The notes under the pieces were generated by a model, which had not been told where the DNA came from, did no database searches, and saw only the letters and a list, made by a program, of their open reading frames with translations. A stretch of 63,872 nucleotides of DNA, the filler included, from Chiloscyllium plagiosum (lineage: Eukaryota), in the NCBI RefSeq assembly GCF_004010195.1. It is 6 parts of one record of this genome, joined end to end, with 100 filler letters (N's around TTAATTAATTAA, not from the genome) between each part and the next. Parts side by side here need not be neighbours in the genome. Positions count along the whole stretch, not along the records: positions 10,236 to 28,209 come from NC_057714.1; 5 more parts are not named here. One strand, 5' to 3'. Made by a program: the position numbers and the translations under genes. Shown here piece by piece: positions 11,421-25,510 of this stretch (position 1 is its first letter; each line of letters starts with the position of its first letter).

Positions 11421-14400
11421 GTACTTAAAGTAAATTGGATGTCCCAAAGACGCAAAATGTGTTAAATGAAGCCAATTATTTCCTTAACTGGTTAATTTGT
11501 GCACAACTGCACAAAAATTTAGGAACTGCCACAATTTAATACATCAATTTAGGCAAGGAAACATTTAAACTACATGGATTCTTCAAAGGTTTGTACTGTC
11601 AACTCAAATAGAATTTGTTGCAGTTTTATGAATGTACATTCCATCATCCAAAGATAATGGAAGCTTTGGAGACTGGCACTGCTGGGAGTTGTGTTATCTA
11701 CTTGAAATTAATAATTTTACTAACTTTGTGGAAGAAATTATTGATGTTTTTATGAAAAAATAAAGTTCAATTCTCAGGCAGTTTAGGGGATGACAGAAAG
11801 TGTCTGAAGAACACCTCAAGAGACTGAAAGCTTACAATATAAAACACACAAATTTCCTTTCTTAGGATCTTTCTTATTATTTTAATACAAATCCCACTTC
11901 AGGGATGCAGTGCTTTTAAAATCAAAGTCATAATCATAACCCACATATTTTGAATGATAATCACTGCCTCTAATGGAGATTCATTAAAGGAGTAGATGTA
12001 CAGCTCATGCCATTGTGATTACGATTCATAAGTTACTCAAGTTCAATAGCTGAAATGGAAAAAAAGATCTTTTCAGGTTTCAACTCTTCTCAGGAACTAA
12101 TAAACATCATTCTTTTGATTTAGCATAGTTATCTCAAAGATACTTGAAATAGAAACATTTCACTCAAAAATATTCAGAACTTGCTCCAACTATAGATTCT
12201 ATGTAGTGTCACACAAAAAACCATGAATAAAATAATAGAATCAAAAGTAAATTCATCACTAAGAAGGAACAGCTGGCAAGAGTGGGCTCCCAGGTGCAAT
12301 AGGATGAGGCCCTACCAATATCATGTAATCTATTATTGTCCTATTATCTGTTCATTAATCTCTTTTGTAGTTCAATCCTTACTCATCCCGAATATGAAAC
12401 CAGCAATTTTATTCATTTAAAACCACTATGCTTGCTATTTTCCCAAAGTACACCACCAATGCATTGACTGGCTCATTTTCAAATGGCACAATTTTCCATT
12501 GGACATTTAACCCTCTCTTTGGGTCCTTTCAACAAGACCAATGATCAGCCCCAGAGATGCACTTGACAGATTTGGGAGAAAAATGTTACAACAGCAGAAC
12601 AGTTATGGAGTAAGAAATGCAATTTAAAACATCCCATTAGCATTATTCCATTTTAAATCTTTTATGTTCTGAGTGTAGTATCAACTCTAAAATCAATTCT
12701 GCCACTACCTCAGTGCAAACCCACACAGCCATCTCTTAATTGTATAGAAATGCTGCAATGTTACTTCAACTTGCTGAGGAATCACAGTGGAGTCAACCAT
12801 AATACTGGCTAACAGCTGCTGCCTCTGTTTAATTCTGCTTCAACAGTAGCAACACTACCTAGTGACAGCCTGTCATTTCAGATTCCTCAATAAAAATTGT
12901 TTCAGATTCACATGTTTAAAAAAAATTAAGTGTGCACTGCACAAAGAACTTTAATACCAATTTTTTAAAAATGCAGTACGCACACTTAATACATGAATCC
13001 ACTTAATTGCATTCAACCACTTACAAGACAGGCACAGTATAGATTGCATATAAAAACAGGCTACTTACCTACTATAATTCAGAGTAGGTTTAGCCAACCT
13101 TACCCTGACAATGTAGTGTCCAACAGTACATCACAGACAGATAGAGAGAGGGGGCTAAACAACCGAAGATGAAACAATCTTGCAAAATAACTCATAGTAG
13201 TATCTCAATGCCTGCCAATAATGCATCATATTGGTATTATCTGCAGCCCCATGCTGGAAAGCATAGATTTAGAACCTTATAAATAGGACAACAACAACCA
13301 TTTCTAGGGCCAGAGACACCAACTGCATCAATATCGCAGCAGTCCTGAATGTTGCACTTGCGATCTGTGTTGAGAATTCTGATTTAAGCTTTTCCATGAC
13401 ACATGCTTCATGCTATAAACAGAGTGTTACCTTTAAGCTCCTAGGTACTTGACAGGATTCCTTCACTTGCACTTCAATCTCTGGAAATTCTGCTGAAACC
13501 CAGACAGGCCAATCAGGTTCAATAAATGAACTCAAAATATCTTCCTGCACTAGCAGGCTGAAATGGTGCGGTTGTACTACTTTTGGAAGGGGGAAAACAA
13601 TGGTGGGAACAAGATTCTCTCTCTAAAGTCAATCGAGTCTCAGCAACGGTTTACTTACAAACCAGCAAGCACCATTAAGGAAAACAACATTAGAAAGAAA
13701 ATGTACAGCTTTTAAAAATGTATAGCTCACACAAACAATATTCTGATTAGGGAGACCCTATGATGAGATGAGATGGTCTGTATAGTTGGAAGGAAGCTGA
13801 GACAGCCGGGCTCTGCAGCATGACTGCAGTCTGAAGTACCATGTAGATTCCTGTCTTGACAGTTATTGCATAGTATTCATTATTTTGAAACATTCAATTC
13901 AAGATCAATATGTAGCCCCATGTCAAACAGTTGATGTCAATATTGTTACAATGTCAGAAATATATTTCGAACAAAATAAAGCAGGACAGACACCTCACAG
14001 TCAAATGGGCATTTGTCCCTGAAAAGCTACAGGCAGAGATGACATGCGAAACTGGATGGGGTCAGGCATGCTAACATTCTTATTGTTCTTACTAGTTAAA
14101 AAAAATTCCCAGCATTAACACAGGTGTGGATATTTTGCAGTGTACATCTGCAGAAAGATGTTTCACAATACATTCACTGAAGCGAACATTAGTGGAAAAA
14201 CTGGAATTGAAAGTGAAGGGCACAGTCATAAGAGGGCTGTGAGATAAAAGTTCAACTTAATTCAAGGCAGAGTTGCATTTATACAGTATTCTTCACAACT
14301 CATGGATGTCTCAAAGCACCTCAAAGTCTGACTGAGCTTGTGACTTACGAGAAACCTATCACCTTGTTAGGAACTTGTCTCTTGACAGGTTGCATTAACA

Positions 14401-15004
14401 ATATGCAATCCCATTAAAATGAAAATTACCATTTGAAATTTGCTTGAAGTTGCTTCAACAAGCATTTACTTTTCCTCTAGCTGTCACTCACTAACAGAAA
14501 GCCACATTTCAACAATTCACAGTAAGCATCCCAGTGAATGAGCAGAAAGTACATTCCTAACAACCACTGGAATGTCAGCAATGTGCAGTGGTTATGGTGA
14601 ATGAATCAACACTAGGAACTAACAAATACAACCAGCTTGTTCACAGTCATGAACCTGTTCCTGGTCCATGCACACAAACTACATTTTAAACACTTCAGGT
14701 GTTAGATTACATCTGCTCTGCATTTCCAGTTTTCCTATTAGGACCAATTATTGCAACTTTTACTCAAGTGCTCAAAACTGTAATTGAAAAGCCTTTCAAA
14801 AATGGCAGCACAATCTCAAATTAAAAACTGTACTAAATACAGTTGTTCTGGTCTGTGCAAAATAAAGTGTCAAAAAGTACTTGTACATTGGATATATGAA
14901 CATTGTAATCAACATATTGAATAACCACCACCTTCTCACATATCTCCACCCCCAAAAACACAGATACACAAAAGTACTGAAGTCTTTCACTGAACTGGAT
15001 GCTT

Positions 15005-15108
15005 GCTCTGTGTCTGTGCGCTTGTGCGCGCGAGAGTGTGCGTCAGAGAGAGAGAGTGTGTGTTGGAGGAAGGGAGGAAAAGAAAGAGGGAGAGGAGTAA
15101 AAGAAGAT
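15005..15108. repeat. (GT)/(GC)/(GA) compound microsatellite and purine tract
   Basis: Seen directly. Confidence 0.8.
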
Positions 15109-16829
15109 TAGGAATTCTGGGCAATTGAATTAAGTGGACTAAATGGCTTTCTACAAAGATTGAGTACTGTAATCTGACTTTATTAATTACTTCCTATATT
15201 TGCAGACTAAACTTTTAATGATTTCTATTAGCATATAATAAACTTAGTCTCCAGCAAAGTCAAAACTAGGTGAATAGCTTAGCATTTTGGGTTAAATAGC
15301 AGTTGTAAAAATAAATCAAGCGATTCTGTGTTGCAAACCCAAAATTTGAATTTTCAGCTTAAAATGACTCATACAACTGGGGCTCTTACAACATGCTTCA
15401 CAATTTAATGGTTTAATGACAAATCGTCTTCACACTGGCAGAAATGGCTCCAGGAATAAAGTCAGAATTGTATAAAATTTAGGCTGAATCCTGACACCAC
15501 TTGACTTTTAAGAAACAGTTCAAGCTCAATAGGTCCAGTCACATTTTGACAGACACAACTACATCACATTCAGCAACTACAATGTTCTGGTACCAATTAA
15601 ATAATCATAGCTGGACTCAGTCCCCACTGCAGCTTATTCAATAAGGTCTTGTATGGAACATTTCCATTCTTAATCCCAAATGTTCTCTTTTTTAAATTTG
15701 TCAACTGGCATGTGAATGGTTCATTGCTTACAGAACATAGCTGTAGATATTAACCTAAAATTTGCTGGGTCAGTTGAAAAGAAAAAAAGTATATATGAAA
15801 TCTCCTCTATTGAAAAGTTAATGATTAGATGATGATTTCATGATTAGAGAGATCACTGATTTTCATGTGTTTGTGTGTTGGAAAGAATGTGTGCTTGGTT
15901 TGTGTGTTGTAATGGTCTAACTGCCATAGTAACTGAAAGGCTGGAGTTATGTTTAACAACAGACACTGCTTCACCGATTACATTACACATCTGATTCAGT
16001 CTGTTTATCACTCAAACATAAAAGTTATCCCAAGTATCTCACAGTTGATCAGATGACAGAGGTGGCAAAAATGTGGAAAAGTTAAAGGCAGAGGTCAAAG
16101 TTGACTGAAATCATGAGATAAACCTCTCTTCAGGAAAAACAAGCAAACTGGTTCATATGAGATTGTAAGCATTAGACAATGACCTGGTCATGTATTATGT
16201 TTTTGTACTGTACTTGGCTTTAAGAACATTGTGCATATTCCTTTCTTTGAGCTGCTTTGGATTACTGATATCTGCAGCAAACTCAACAGACCAGCAAAGG
16301 TGAGACTAAAAACCTAAACAGCCTTCATCAAGTTTCAAAAATCATACAAGAGCTAGTTGACTAACTGGAAGCACATTCAGTATCTGGAACACACCAACTC
16401 AAATCGGTGCTTAAAAATGCAAGGAAATTCAGAATCCCAACAAATGCTTGGCTGCCAGTTTGTATTTATCAGTGACCATCAAGTAGTTTTTCCCCTCAAT
16501 TTTAATTCAGTCCTGATGAGAAACATTGTAATTAATTTTATACTGATCATAGATCTGCCAGAATGTCAAAATATATAGCTAATGTCAGAAGACAGAAGTA
16601 GGCTGCACTGGCATTAAGTATAAAGAGCTTCACTGACTCAAACAGGAAATGCATTTTTTTTTAAAAAACAGAGTACAAAGTATTTCACTGGCTGTAAAAT
16701 GTTTTGCGACGTCCTGAGGTTATGAAATGGCACTATTTAAATTCAAGATGGGATTAAGTATGGATTAAATTATTTCCTTTGATAGATTTACAAAATTAAC
16801 CTTAGTTACTTTTGAAAAAGATTTTCACG

Positions 16830-17960
16830 AGTAGTGAACAATACTAGCACAGCAGAATTTGTTTTCCACCCCAATTACCCTTAGGATGATGATTAGCAGT
16901 CTTCTTGAATTACTGTAGCCCATGCAACACAGGGACACCCAGAGTGCTGTCAGGGAGGCATTTTGATCCAACAGTGCAGGAACAGCATTATCATTCCAAA
17001 TCAAGTTGGTGTGGGGCTTGAGGGCAGTTGGTGTTCCCAAACATCTGCTGTTCTTTTGGTGGCAGAGATTGTAGGTTTGTAAGGTACTGCTGAAGGCACG
17101 TTTAGGAGTGCCACTGAAAATCATGTAGATAGTATACACTGCTGACACTGTGCCAGTGATGAAGGGGGGAATATGTTTAAGGTGATGGAAACTGTGCCAA
17201 TCTAGCAGGTGTTGGGTTTGTTGGAACAAGTCTATTAAGTGAAAATTACTCCATCACAAACCTGAATAATGTCTTACAACTATTGGGCAGGCATTGAGAA
17301 GTCAAATTACAAGTTAATATGTTTGACTTCAAGTGGAGAGCTGTTCCCAATTCCAACTGAGTTGAATTTTGCCAGGCTACTTGATGCTGTACACTGCCAC
17401 TCCAGAGGTCATGTGTATTGTTGAAATTTAGAACAAGGCTATACTGATGTCAGGAATCAAGTGGACCTAGCAACATCCAATGATTATCAATGAACAGGTT
17501 AGTGCTTCACAATAGAAAACTCAATGACACTTTCTATCACTATCCTGATGAGCGGGTATACTCCTAGGGTACAATTGGCATTTTTGTGGTCATACACATC
17601 TGGGCAACTTCTCACATCATTGAATAGATGCTAGTGTTGTAGCTATACCAGAATGGATTGATTAGGAAATCAGGTATTTCTGGAGCGCAAGTCTTCAGCC
17701 TTACAGGTGGGATGTTGTCAGGCTTTATATCTTCAGTAACTAGCTGAGAACGCCAGATTCAGAGTTATGTGAGTAAAACTGTCTGAAGACTGCCATCTGT
17801 GTTAGAGGTGGCCAAATTAGATCATCCATTCAATGCCTCTATCCAAAGATGGTTGCAAATGTTTCAGCCTTATTTGTGTTAACATGCTGGGCTCCCCTAT
17901 CAGTGACAGTGTGAATATCTTCCCAGCGAATCTAGCAAACCTAAATATGAACTTTATTCA
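16830..17960 (-). mobile_element. Old decayed L2/CR1-group LINE fragment
   Basis: Reverse-complement similarity to related fragments at 39470-40320 and 60770-61120. Confidence 0.55.
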
Positions 17961-18599
17961 GCAATTGTTGTTGATAGCCATTAAAAAAACACATGATGCA
18001 ACTAATAAAAAAGGAGTGACAGATGTGTGCAATTCATTGACTAAATACCAGATAGTTTAAGACAAGTGAACCGCGGCAAATGGAATTCAATATCGAGTGA
18101 CAATATCCATTTTGGGTGTATGGAAGTCAGATGAGTATTTGCTAAATGAAGGCAAATGAGGAACTGTGAAGGCGTTTACAAACCTCGAGACTCAGAAATC
18201 ATTAGAAGCTTCTGGACAAGTACACAGCAATTAAAATTAATAAAATTATGAAAAGTAATAGAACCTTTGCATTTACAGTAATTTAAACCACTAATTAGAC
18301 TCTATTTAGACAACTGCATTCTATAATGTGCTACACATCTTAAAGTACTAACCTCAGGAGAGATGCTATGGAGATATGGGGTAAAACTGGTTAAATTAAC
18401 TAAACCGGTTTGAAATCTCTTACAGGTTTACTCGGATGTGGGCCCTGCTGGCTAGGCCAGGATTTATTGCCCCTCCCAATTTTTAGGATGATTCAAGGAT
18501 ATGGAGAGAAACAAATATTTCTTCTCTTTCAAGGGGGTTGGAGGGGGCAGGGGCACCCAGGACAAAGAGGCAGAATCATAACATTTGAACTTGGCCACT

Positions 18600-18940
18600 T
18601 GGGCAGCACGGTGGCTAGGTGGATAGCACTGCTGCCTCACAGCACCAGGGATCCAGGTTTGATTCCAGCCCAAGGTGACTGTCTATGTGGAGTTTGCACA
18701 TTCTTGTTGTGTCTGCACAGGCTTCCTCCAGTTTCCTCCCACAGTCCAAAAGATGTGCAGGTTAGGTAAATTGGCCATGCTAAGTTGTACTGTAATGTCC
18801 AGGGATGTAACCTGGGATCTGGATGGGATGTGTAGCCTGGGAACTACATGGGATGTGTAGCCTAGGGTCTGGATGGAATGCTCTTTGGAGGGTCGGTGCA
18901 GACTCAATGACCTCGTTCTGCACTGAGTTGAGATTATGTC
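18600..18940 (+). mobile_element. HE1-like SINE with an internal ~26-bp tandem triplication
   Basis: GGCAGCACGGTGGCT head; GGGATGTGTAGCCTGGG-like units at ~18800-18875. Confidence 0.8.
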
Positions 18941-21900
18941 AGGAGCAAACAAAACACTTGATATTTCGAACTTGTTTCTTCAAAATGCTATTACCGATTG
19001 AAAAAGAACTCTAATTAACCAAGTTATGTTGATCGTCCAACAAAAATCTAAGAGTTATGAAACAAAGAATAGGACCACAGAGTTAAGCACAGATTGGCTA
19101 ACAGTGGGGCCATGGCTAAAATGTCAAAAAAGGCTCAATAGCCTACATGTGTTCCAACACAGTAAAATATTCCTTGGCTATGTAGCCTGAAAGTTTCAAC
19201 CAAAAAAGTTAATAAATCATTGTGAGCAGAAACCTTCAGTCATGTGGTTTAATATGCAAGTACTCATCTCTGCAATTTACTGCAAGTAACAAGATAATGC
19301 AATTCAAATAAATTGATCTAGCGATTACAAAACAACTGATTCAGCATTTTAATGCAGTTCAGTTGAGGTCTGGATTCAGATCACTTACAATTTAAAGTCT
19401 GCATAGTGTAAAAGTGTTGAACTAATAGCCTTTAAAAGGCAGCATTACACAACACAAATAAGCCAAAATAAACATCATAAACAAAGATATCTAGGATACC
19501 TTACAGCAGCTAGTGGAGTTAACAAACCAGTTGGCTTAAGAGGGAGGGAGAGGGACTGACTACCTGTGGGAAGTATTCCATTACACTTCTGACATTTAAC
19601 CTGCAGATGGTGGACAGGCTTTGGGGAATCGGGAGTGTTACTCACTGCAATATTCCTAGCCTCTAACTTGCTCTTCAGCCACTGTGATTAGGAGGTAATA
19701 CCGGTTGTTTCTAGTCAATGATAACCATAAGGATGTTAATTGTCAGGGATTCAATGATGGTAATACCATTGCAGGTCAGTCTCAGTATGAAAGTTGACAT
19801 TGAAGTCTAGGGGGCAGGTAAGATATCTTTATTTAGAGCAAGGTTGACCTTCAGAACTCACAACACCAAGTGATTATGCATGCTCAGTCTTTTGGATATG
19901 AAGAAGGCCAAGATAGATCTTTGGACTCTAAAGAAATCAAGCAGAAAGGTGCAACTAAGATCAAAGATCAGGTAAAGTTCTACTGAACTGTATGTAGGCT
20001 TGAGGAGTTTAATAGCTAATCCTGCTCCTATTTATTCTGTAAAAGTCTTCATTTATTTTAGAATTGTCTATTATAGCAGCATTATTGCACTAGTGCATAT
20101 TAGTAAATCAGGTATTCATCAAACAACTTAAAGATTTGAGGCCAGAAATCTGACAAGGCACATTTAATTGAAAATGGTGAAGTGAGCTACTACAATTGTG
20201 GCATCAGTGTTGACCTGTATTTTGTGGGTCTATAAAAAGTAAAAGCAGATTCACACACAATCACTTGTCTATCTGACTTTGTAGACATTTACAATAGTAT
20301 TTGCCATCATTAAGAAACCACATGCACAGAGTTTTCTATGGAGGATACAAGACCAAAAAGGGGATTGGGTTATCATGTTTCACTGGGGTAGCACATGGAA
20401 ATCAAACCCCACTATTCCCTCAAGTCATCATAAAAAGTTTAAAAAAAAATCAAGTACTTAAAGTTAGATAGACATAGATTAACACGAAGTAGGTTTATAT
20501 ACTTAAGAATATTTATTCCCAATAAATAGATTGCAACCACGTCTGAAGTGTTGATATTCAACTCTAACCACTAACCCCTTTCTAAATTGCTTTCCCTCCC
20601 TCCCCTGCCCCAAAAATATTGAAAAACACTTTGGAAACATTGAATAGAAAAGAGACATTGGTGAGGCATTTCAGTCAGAATGTTCCTCCGGTTTAGATGG
20701 AACAATCCCTTTCTTCACCCAAGACTGTCATTTCTTTGATCTTTTTCTTTGGGATCCGTCATTTCTTTACAGGAGACAGAGGAACTGATTTACAAATTAT
20801 AAAGTCTGACTTATCCGTTAAAAGCAATAATTTACAGCAACTGAAGGAGATAAACAGAGAGTGGATGAGAGCGCAAAAAAAACCAAAATCGACAACTGGT
20901 CACAACTCCACAAACCAAACAGCAACCCATTGTTGACCAAATCTCACTCTGCACACAGTACTCCCCTAAGACCAATGTTGCTGCTGTGCAAACAGCTGGT
21001 ATAAACCTCTTACAAAGCGCTTCAGTTAGTTGCCTCCCTCATTCCTGTCAAAAAATGCTCCTCTTCCCATTTCAGTCCACAAAAATACAGAAAAATAAAA
21101 ACATGACTTCTACAGGATAAGCAAAAGAGCATCAGATCAAACAGACTGAAGAGTCATTAATAAGCAGTTCGAAGTCTGAACAAAAAACTCAGTTCAAATA
21201 TATAATGCAGTGTCAAATCACATACAGCCGGTGAAATAAATATGAAAACAATGTAGTAACTCAAAAATAAATACGTTTTTCATTTTGTTTTTAAAAAGGT
21301 GGCCCAGCATTAAAATCTGAGTAACAGCAGTCCACACCAGGAAAAGACTTTTAATGGGGTCACTCATCATCAGTTGGCGAGTATGGGTGGACTATAAAGA
21401 AACAACCTATAGAAACAAGGTGGTTCTGTATCATGGGAACAACTTTCCTGCCAAACTCCAATGCTTCCATGATCTTGGTGGTTATTTTGTCAATTCAACA
21501 TACTATGATCCTCAGAAGATATAAATGATAGATGTAATACTAACAAATTACTTAGATTGCTATCCCCATTTTCAGAAACACATGTTCTGATTTCTCATTT
21601 TATTTTAAATCCAAATGCCCTACTTGCAAATTTTGAAACGACACAATTTCATTGGACAAAATAATAAACATTAACTCCAGAAACACTTGCATAATACGTT
21701 CAAAAAATATTTTCCCCATTTATCTTTGGTCATTCTGATCTCTTCTTTCTTTCACCATTAACGACATCTGTACAAACATAGCAGCAATATTGCAGTGCAG
21801 ATCAAAAGGTATATAAACATATTCATACTTTAACTCAGAGAGAGGAGGGTTCTCTCTAAGAATCCAAGAAGCTGCAGCCAAAAGTTAGATTCTAAGATAT

Positions 21901-23260
21901 ATAACATTATTCCTATCAAATATTTTAACCCCGATATGCACGGGCTACCAACCTTAAAAAGACGACTTTGGAAGAGAAAAGAGGAGAGAAATCCTCAAGT
22001 TACTGATTAGAAATCAAAAGTGAAGTATTTCTCATACCCTATAATCTTCGCTCAGCAAAGAACTGTCATGGCCAGAAGAGAGATCCTCTGTTAATATGAA
22101 ATAGTGCTTTCAGTTCCAAGAATCCAGTTTGATATTGTTCTGAAATTATAATGGAGCAACAAAAAAATACTGTAGAAGGGTGATGACATTTGGCTGCCTA
22201 CGTACCCATTGTAAATTAGTTCACTGCTTCACAATTCATGACAGTTGCCATGTCCAAAGTCTGAAAAAGGTTTGTACAAAGATGTTCGTTCAAGACTCTG
22301 TAGCTCCTGTCAAACACAATTAATGGAGAAACACAAACACCAGCAACTAGATAAAAAAAAAATCGACAAAATCAACTCCCAACTATGTTCAGGGACAATA
22401 GAAAAGATTTGTGATCCTGAGGTGGGACACGCTGTACCTAAAAGGATGTTAACTGACAGCTTAGCTTGTCTCAAAGTATTACGGTGATGTAATACTGGGC
22501 CAACATTTTTGGCATTTAGTTTGCAATTTGAGTTCAATTACAGCTAATGAAATGTTGACTTTACAAGAAAAAATTTCAATAATTAGTCAATGCAATATGA
22601 TAAACTCAGTCATGTCTATATAATTAAATGAAAAATACCTGAAGGAAAGTATCGACTCTGAATTATGCAAACACTCATCACTTATTCAAATCACTATTTT
22701 AGGATCAGCATTTTAAGCTGCTGTATCCCTTAACTACATGAATCAGCATCATATTATAAGCTTAACATTTTGTACACAGCTCTTCAGCTCTTGAAATTTG
22801 CTGTTTATGACTTTATCATCTTTTGCATTAAAATTTGAACCTTATATACTTACAATTACATAAAAGAGCAGCATCTTCAGAGACAAAAAGTTGCATCTGC
22901 TGTGAAGTGATTTTTTTTTGCATGTATTTCACAATAAATAGTATCAAGTCCCTGATGTGAAGGGAGCACTGGTAGGCAGGACCCACTATGCCACAGGCCC
23001 TTAGAAATATTTAAATGACTAACTGAATTCACCAAGCTGGTTAATTTGCCTGACCTTGACCACAATTTGGGACAGAAGAACTCTCAATGAATTTCAAACA
23101 CAAAACAGTATTTACAATGATCAAATTATTCTTTGCCAAGTGGCAAAATGTATTAACGGCTACTCAGCAAAGTTAAGTTGCATCTCTCAAATCCAAAACA
23201 CGCATAAATCCATTCACGCGACAGACAGAGCAGACAACTCTGAAGAAATATTATGGGTGC

Positions 23261-23570
23261 AAAGCACATAAAAGGAACAAATTCTGTGGATCAGAAGTCT
23301 GAAATCACAAGGGTGAGATGAGGTGATTTTTTCATTTCTTTTCGTTTAGTCAGTGGTGTCACATAGTTGTCAGCCTTGATAAAGGACCTCAGTTTGGGAG
23401 GTAGTCAGTCAAACTACGTTCAAAGTTCTTCTTTCCAAAATCTTAAGGCACTAGGTTCTGTTTTTTAAAAAACTTCCAATTGCAGATAATGCAAAAGTGT
23501 CTTTCAAATTAGTCTTTCTTTTCAGTTCGTCTGGAGTCTGAGTTCAATTGCATCTCAGATCTGTGCCAGG
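23261..23570 (+). repeat. 310-bp source segment duplicated at 24578-24887
   Basis: Direct repeat with about 7 substitutions. Confidence 0.92.
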
Positions 23571-24271
23571 CTGTAACTTAAGAATCCAAAAGGAGGGTCG
23601 TTGCTAGGGAGCTTTCCAACAAGATGCTTCTGCCAGCTTGTCTCTCAAAAACATAAGCTTCTCCAAAGGTATGTGACCTTTGAGTTGTGAAAAGACACAC
23701 CTGGTGCATTCGCTGCAAAGAAGCAGAGTCCAAACTTCCACTTTTCCCTGTTTGTCTTCCAACATAAAAAGGTATTTTTTTAATTTTTTATTTAAAAGCA
23801 ATAAATGAAAAGTAGTGAAACTTTCTATTCTGTATATTTTGCATCAGTTTCTTTTACACACCTGGAAGAAACTAAAGAGGAACATTCAAATCTAATACAT
23901 TTCAACAATATCTTCAGGGCTGGTGCTCTGTCCAGTACAAAGAGCTTTGCACACGAGATTCTGAACCTCTACCCTTCTCACGCCTTCCCAATTCTTCTGT
24001 TTCGCTGGAGAGTAAAAGGAGCTATTTAAAAATCCTACAGAAGATCATTGACTGGGTAGTAGGAGAATGGTTCTCTCAGCATTAATACTGTAGATTTTCA
24101 ACTCAAGAAAGCCCTGTAAAAATGTACGCTTTTAAAAAGATATTCAATTGGTTTGGCAGAAGGGCTTCCACAAGGGAACAGATCATTTGCAAATTAAACT
24201 TGTAGCGGCCGACAGCCGAATAAATGTGGTGAGTCAATTCATCCATCAACTAGTCAGGGGAAATGTAGAGT

Positions 24272-24502
24272 TGTTGTTGTGTCACCGTAGTCTTACCAGA
24301 ACATGGGGCTGCCCACCCATTAGAGAGAAGTGACTAGTTGTGATTTAACCTGAGGGCCACCAGACCTCAGGCGAGGGAAGAGGTTGAGAAGGAGTGTCCT
24401 TCATGGTAACCTCAAACCAGTGATGGGAATTGAACACACGCTTTTGGTATCACACCGCTCCGTAAATCAATGATCCAGCCAACTGAGCTAAACCAATTCC
24501 AA
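24272..24502 (-). mobile_element. tRNA-derived SINE with (ACA)n tail nested in an HE1-like SINE remnant
   Basis: On the - strand TAGCTCAGTTGG A box and GTTCAATTCCC B box; 12-bp TSD GAAATGTAGAGT (24260-24271 and 24503-24514). Confidence 0.8.
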
Positions 24503-24577
24503 GAAATGTAGAGTAATAGGATTGGGTAATGGGTCAGGGTGGGATACTCAGAGGGTCAGTGTGGACTTGTTGGGCCT

Positions 24578-24887
24578 AAAGCACATAAAAGGAACAAATT
24601 CTGTGGATCAGAAGTCCCAAATCACAAGGGTGAGATGAGGTGATTTTTTCATTTCTTTTCGTTTAGTCAGTGGTGTCACATAGTTGTCAGCCTTGATAAA
24701 GGACCTCAGTTTGGGAGGTAGTCAGTCAAACTACGTTCAAAGTTCTTCTTTCCAAAATCTTAAGGCACTAGGTTCTGTTTTTTAAAAAACTTCCAATTGC
24801 AGATAATGCAAAAGTATCTTTCAAATTGGTCTTTCTTTTCAGGTTGTCTGGAGTCTGAGTTCAATTGCAGCTCAGATCTGTGCCAGG
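24578..24887 (+). repeat. Copy of 23261-23570 embedded in an HE1-like SINE tail
   Basis: Preceded by GTGGACTTGTTGGGCC and followed by GATTCTATGA, both SINE tail sequence. Confidence 0.9.
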
Positions 24888-25386
24888 GATTCTATGAAAT
24901 AAATAATATTCTCCATCGCAGGTATTTGATCTTTAAAAGAGTAATTCAAGTAAAAGAAGCCAATGAATTATTTTTCCAAAATGGGAAAGAGTTCCAAGTT
25001 GTAATGATTCATCTGTTTAGAACACAGGTTCCATAGAGATAATCAAGGCATCATAGAAATATTTAACAAAACAATACATCTGCTTCCTTACTTCCATCTC
25101 AAAATTTTCTTTTTTTTAAAAAAAAAGTTTGCGGTCAAACAATCATATAATTGGGATCTTTTCATAAATTTGAAGAAGCCAGTGAATAAATGACTGCCTA
25201 TGTATTTTGACAAATGCTTTTGCATTTTCAAATCAACTTTGTGTTCCAAAATGTAACGACAACCATTTGGAATACAAGTAACAGAATAGTAAACAAAAAG
25301 TAAAACATTTTATTTATTCAAACTACTTTTATTAGGTCAAATACTTTGATAAACAGAATTCATGGAGTTTTATTCACAGGAAAGGA

Positions 25387-25510
25387 GAAAGTGAGGTCTG
25401 CAGATGCTGGAGATCAAAGTTGAAACTTTATTGCTGGAACAGCACAGCAGGTCAGGCAGCATCAAGGGAACAGGAGATTCGACGTTTCGGGCACAGGCCC
25501 TTCTTCAGGA
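25387..25510 (-). mobile_element. Penelope-like terminal repeat with hammerhead core
   Basis: - strand CTGAAGAAGGGCCTGTGCCCGAAACGTCGA; 9-bp TSD AGGAAAGGA (25378-25386 and 25511-25519). Confidence 0.85.

Noticed and set aside
12704..12716. ACTACCTCA, the reverse complement of the let-7 5' end
   Set aside because: The match stops after 9 nt and no precursor hairpin is evident; at most a chance or target seed site
13760..13802. ATGATGA...CTGA as a C/D box snoRNA (also at ~15829)
   Set aside because: The boxes are too close together and there is no terminal stem
23525..23668. + strand exon-like segment (TTTTCAG ... AG|GTATGT)
   Set aside because: Stops in all three frames; no support as a coding exon
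25100..25310. U-rich and A-rich tracts suggesting a MALAT1-type triple helix
   Set aside because: No exact motif set and no downstream tRNA-like element
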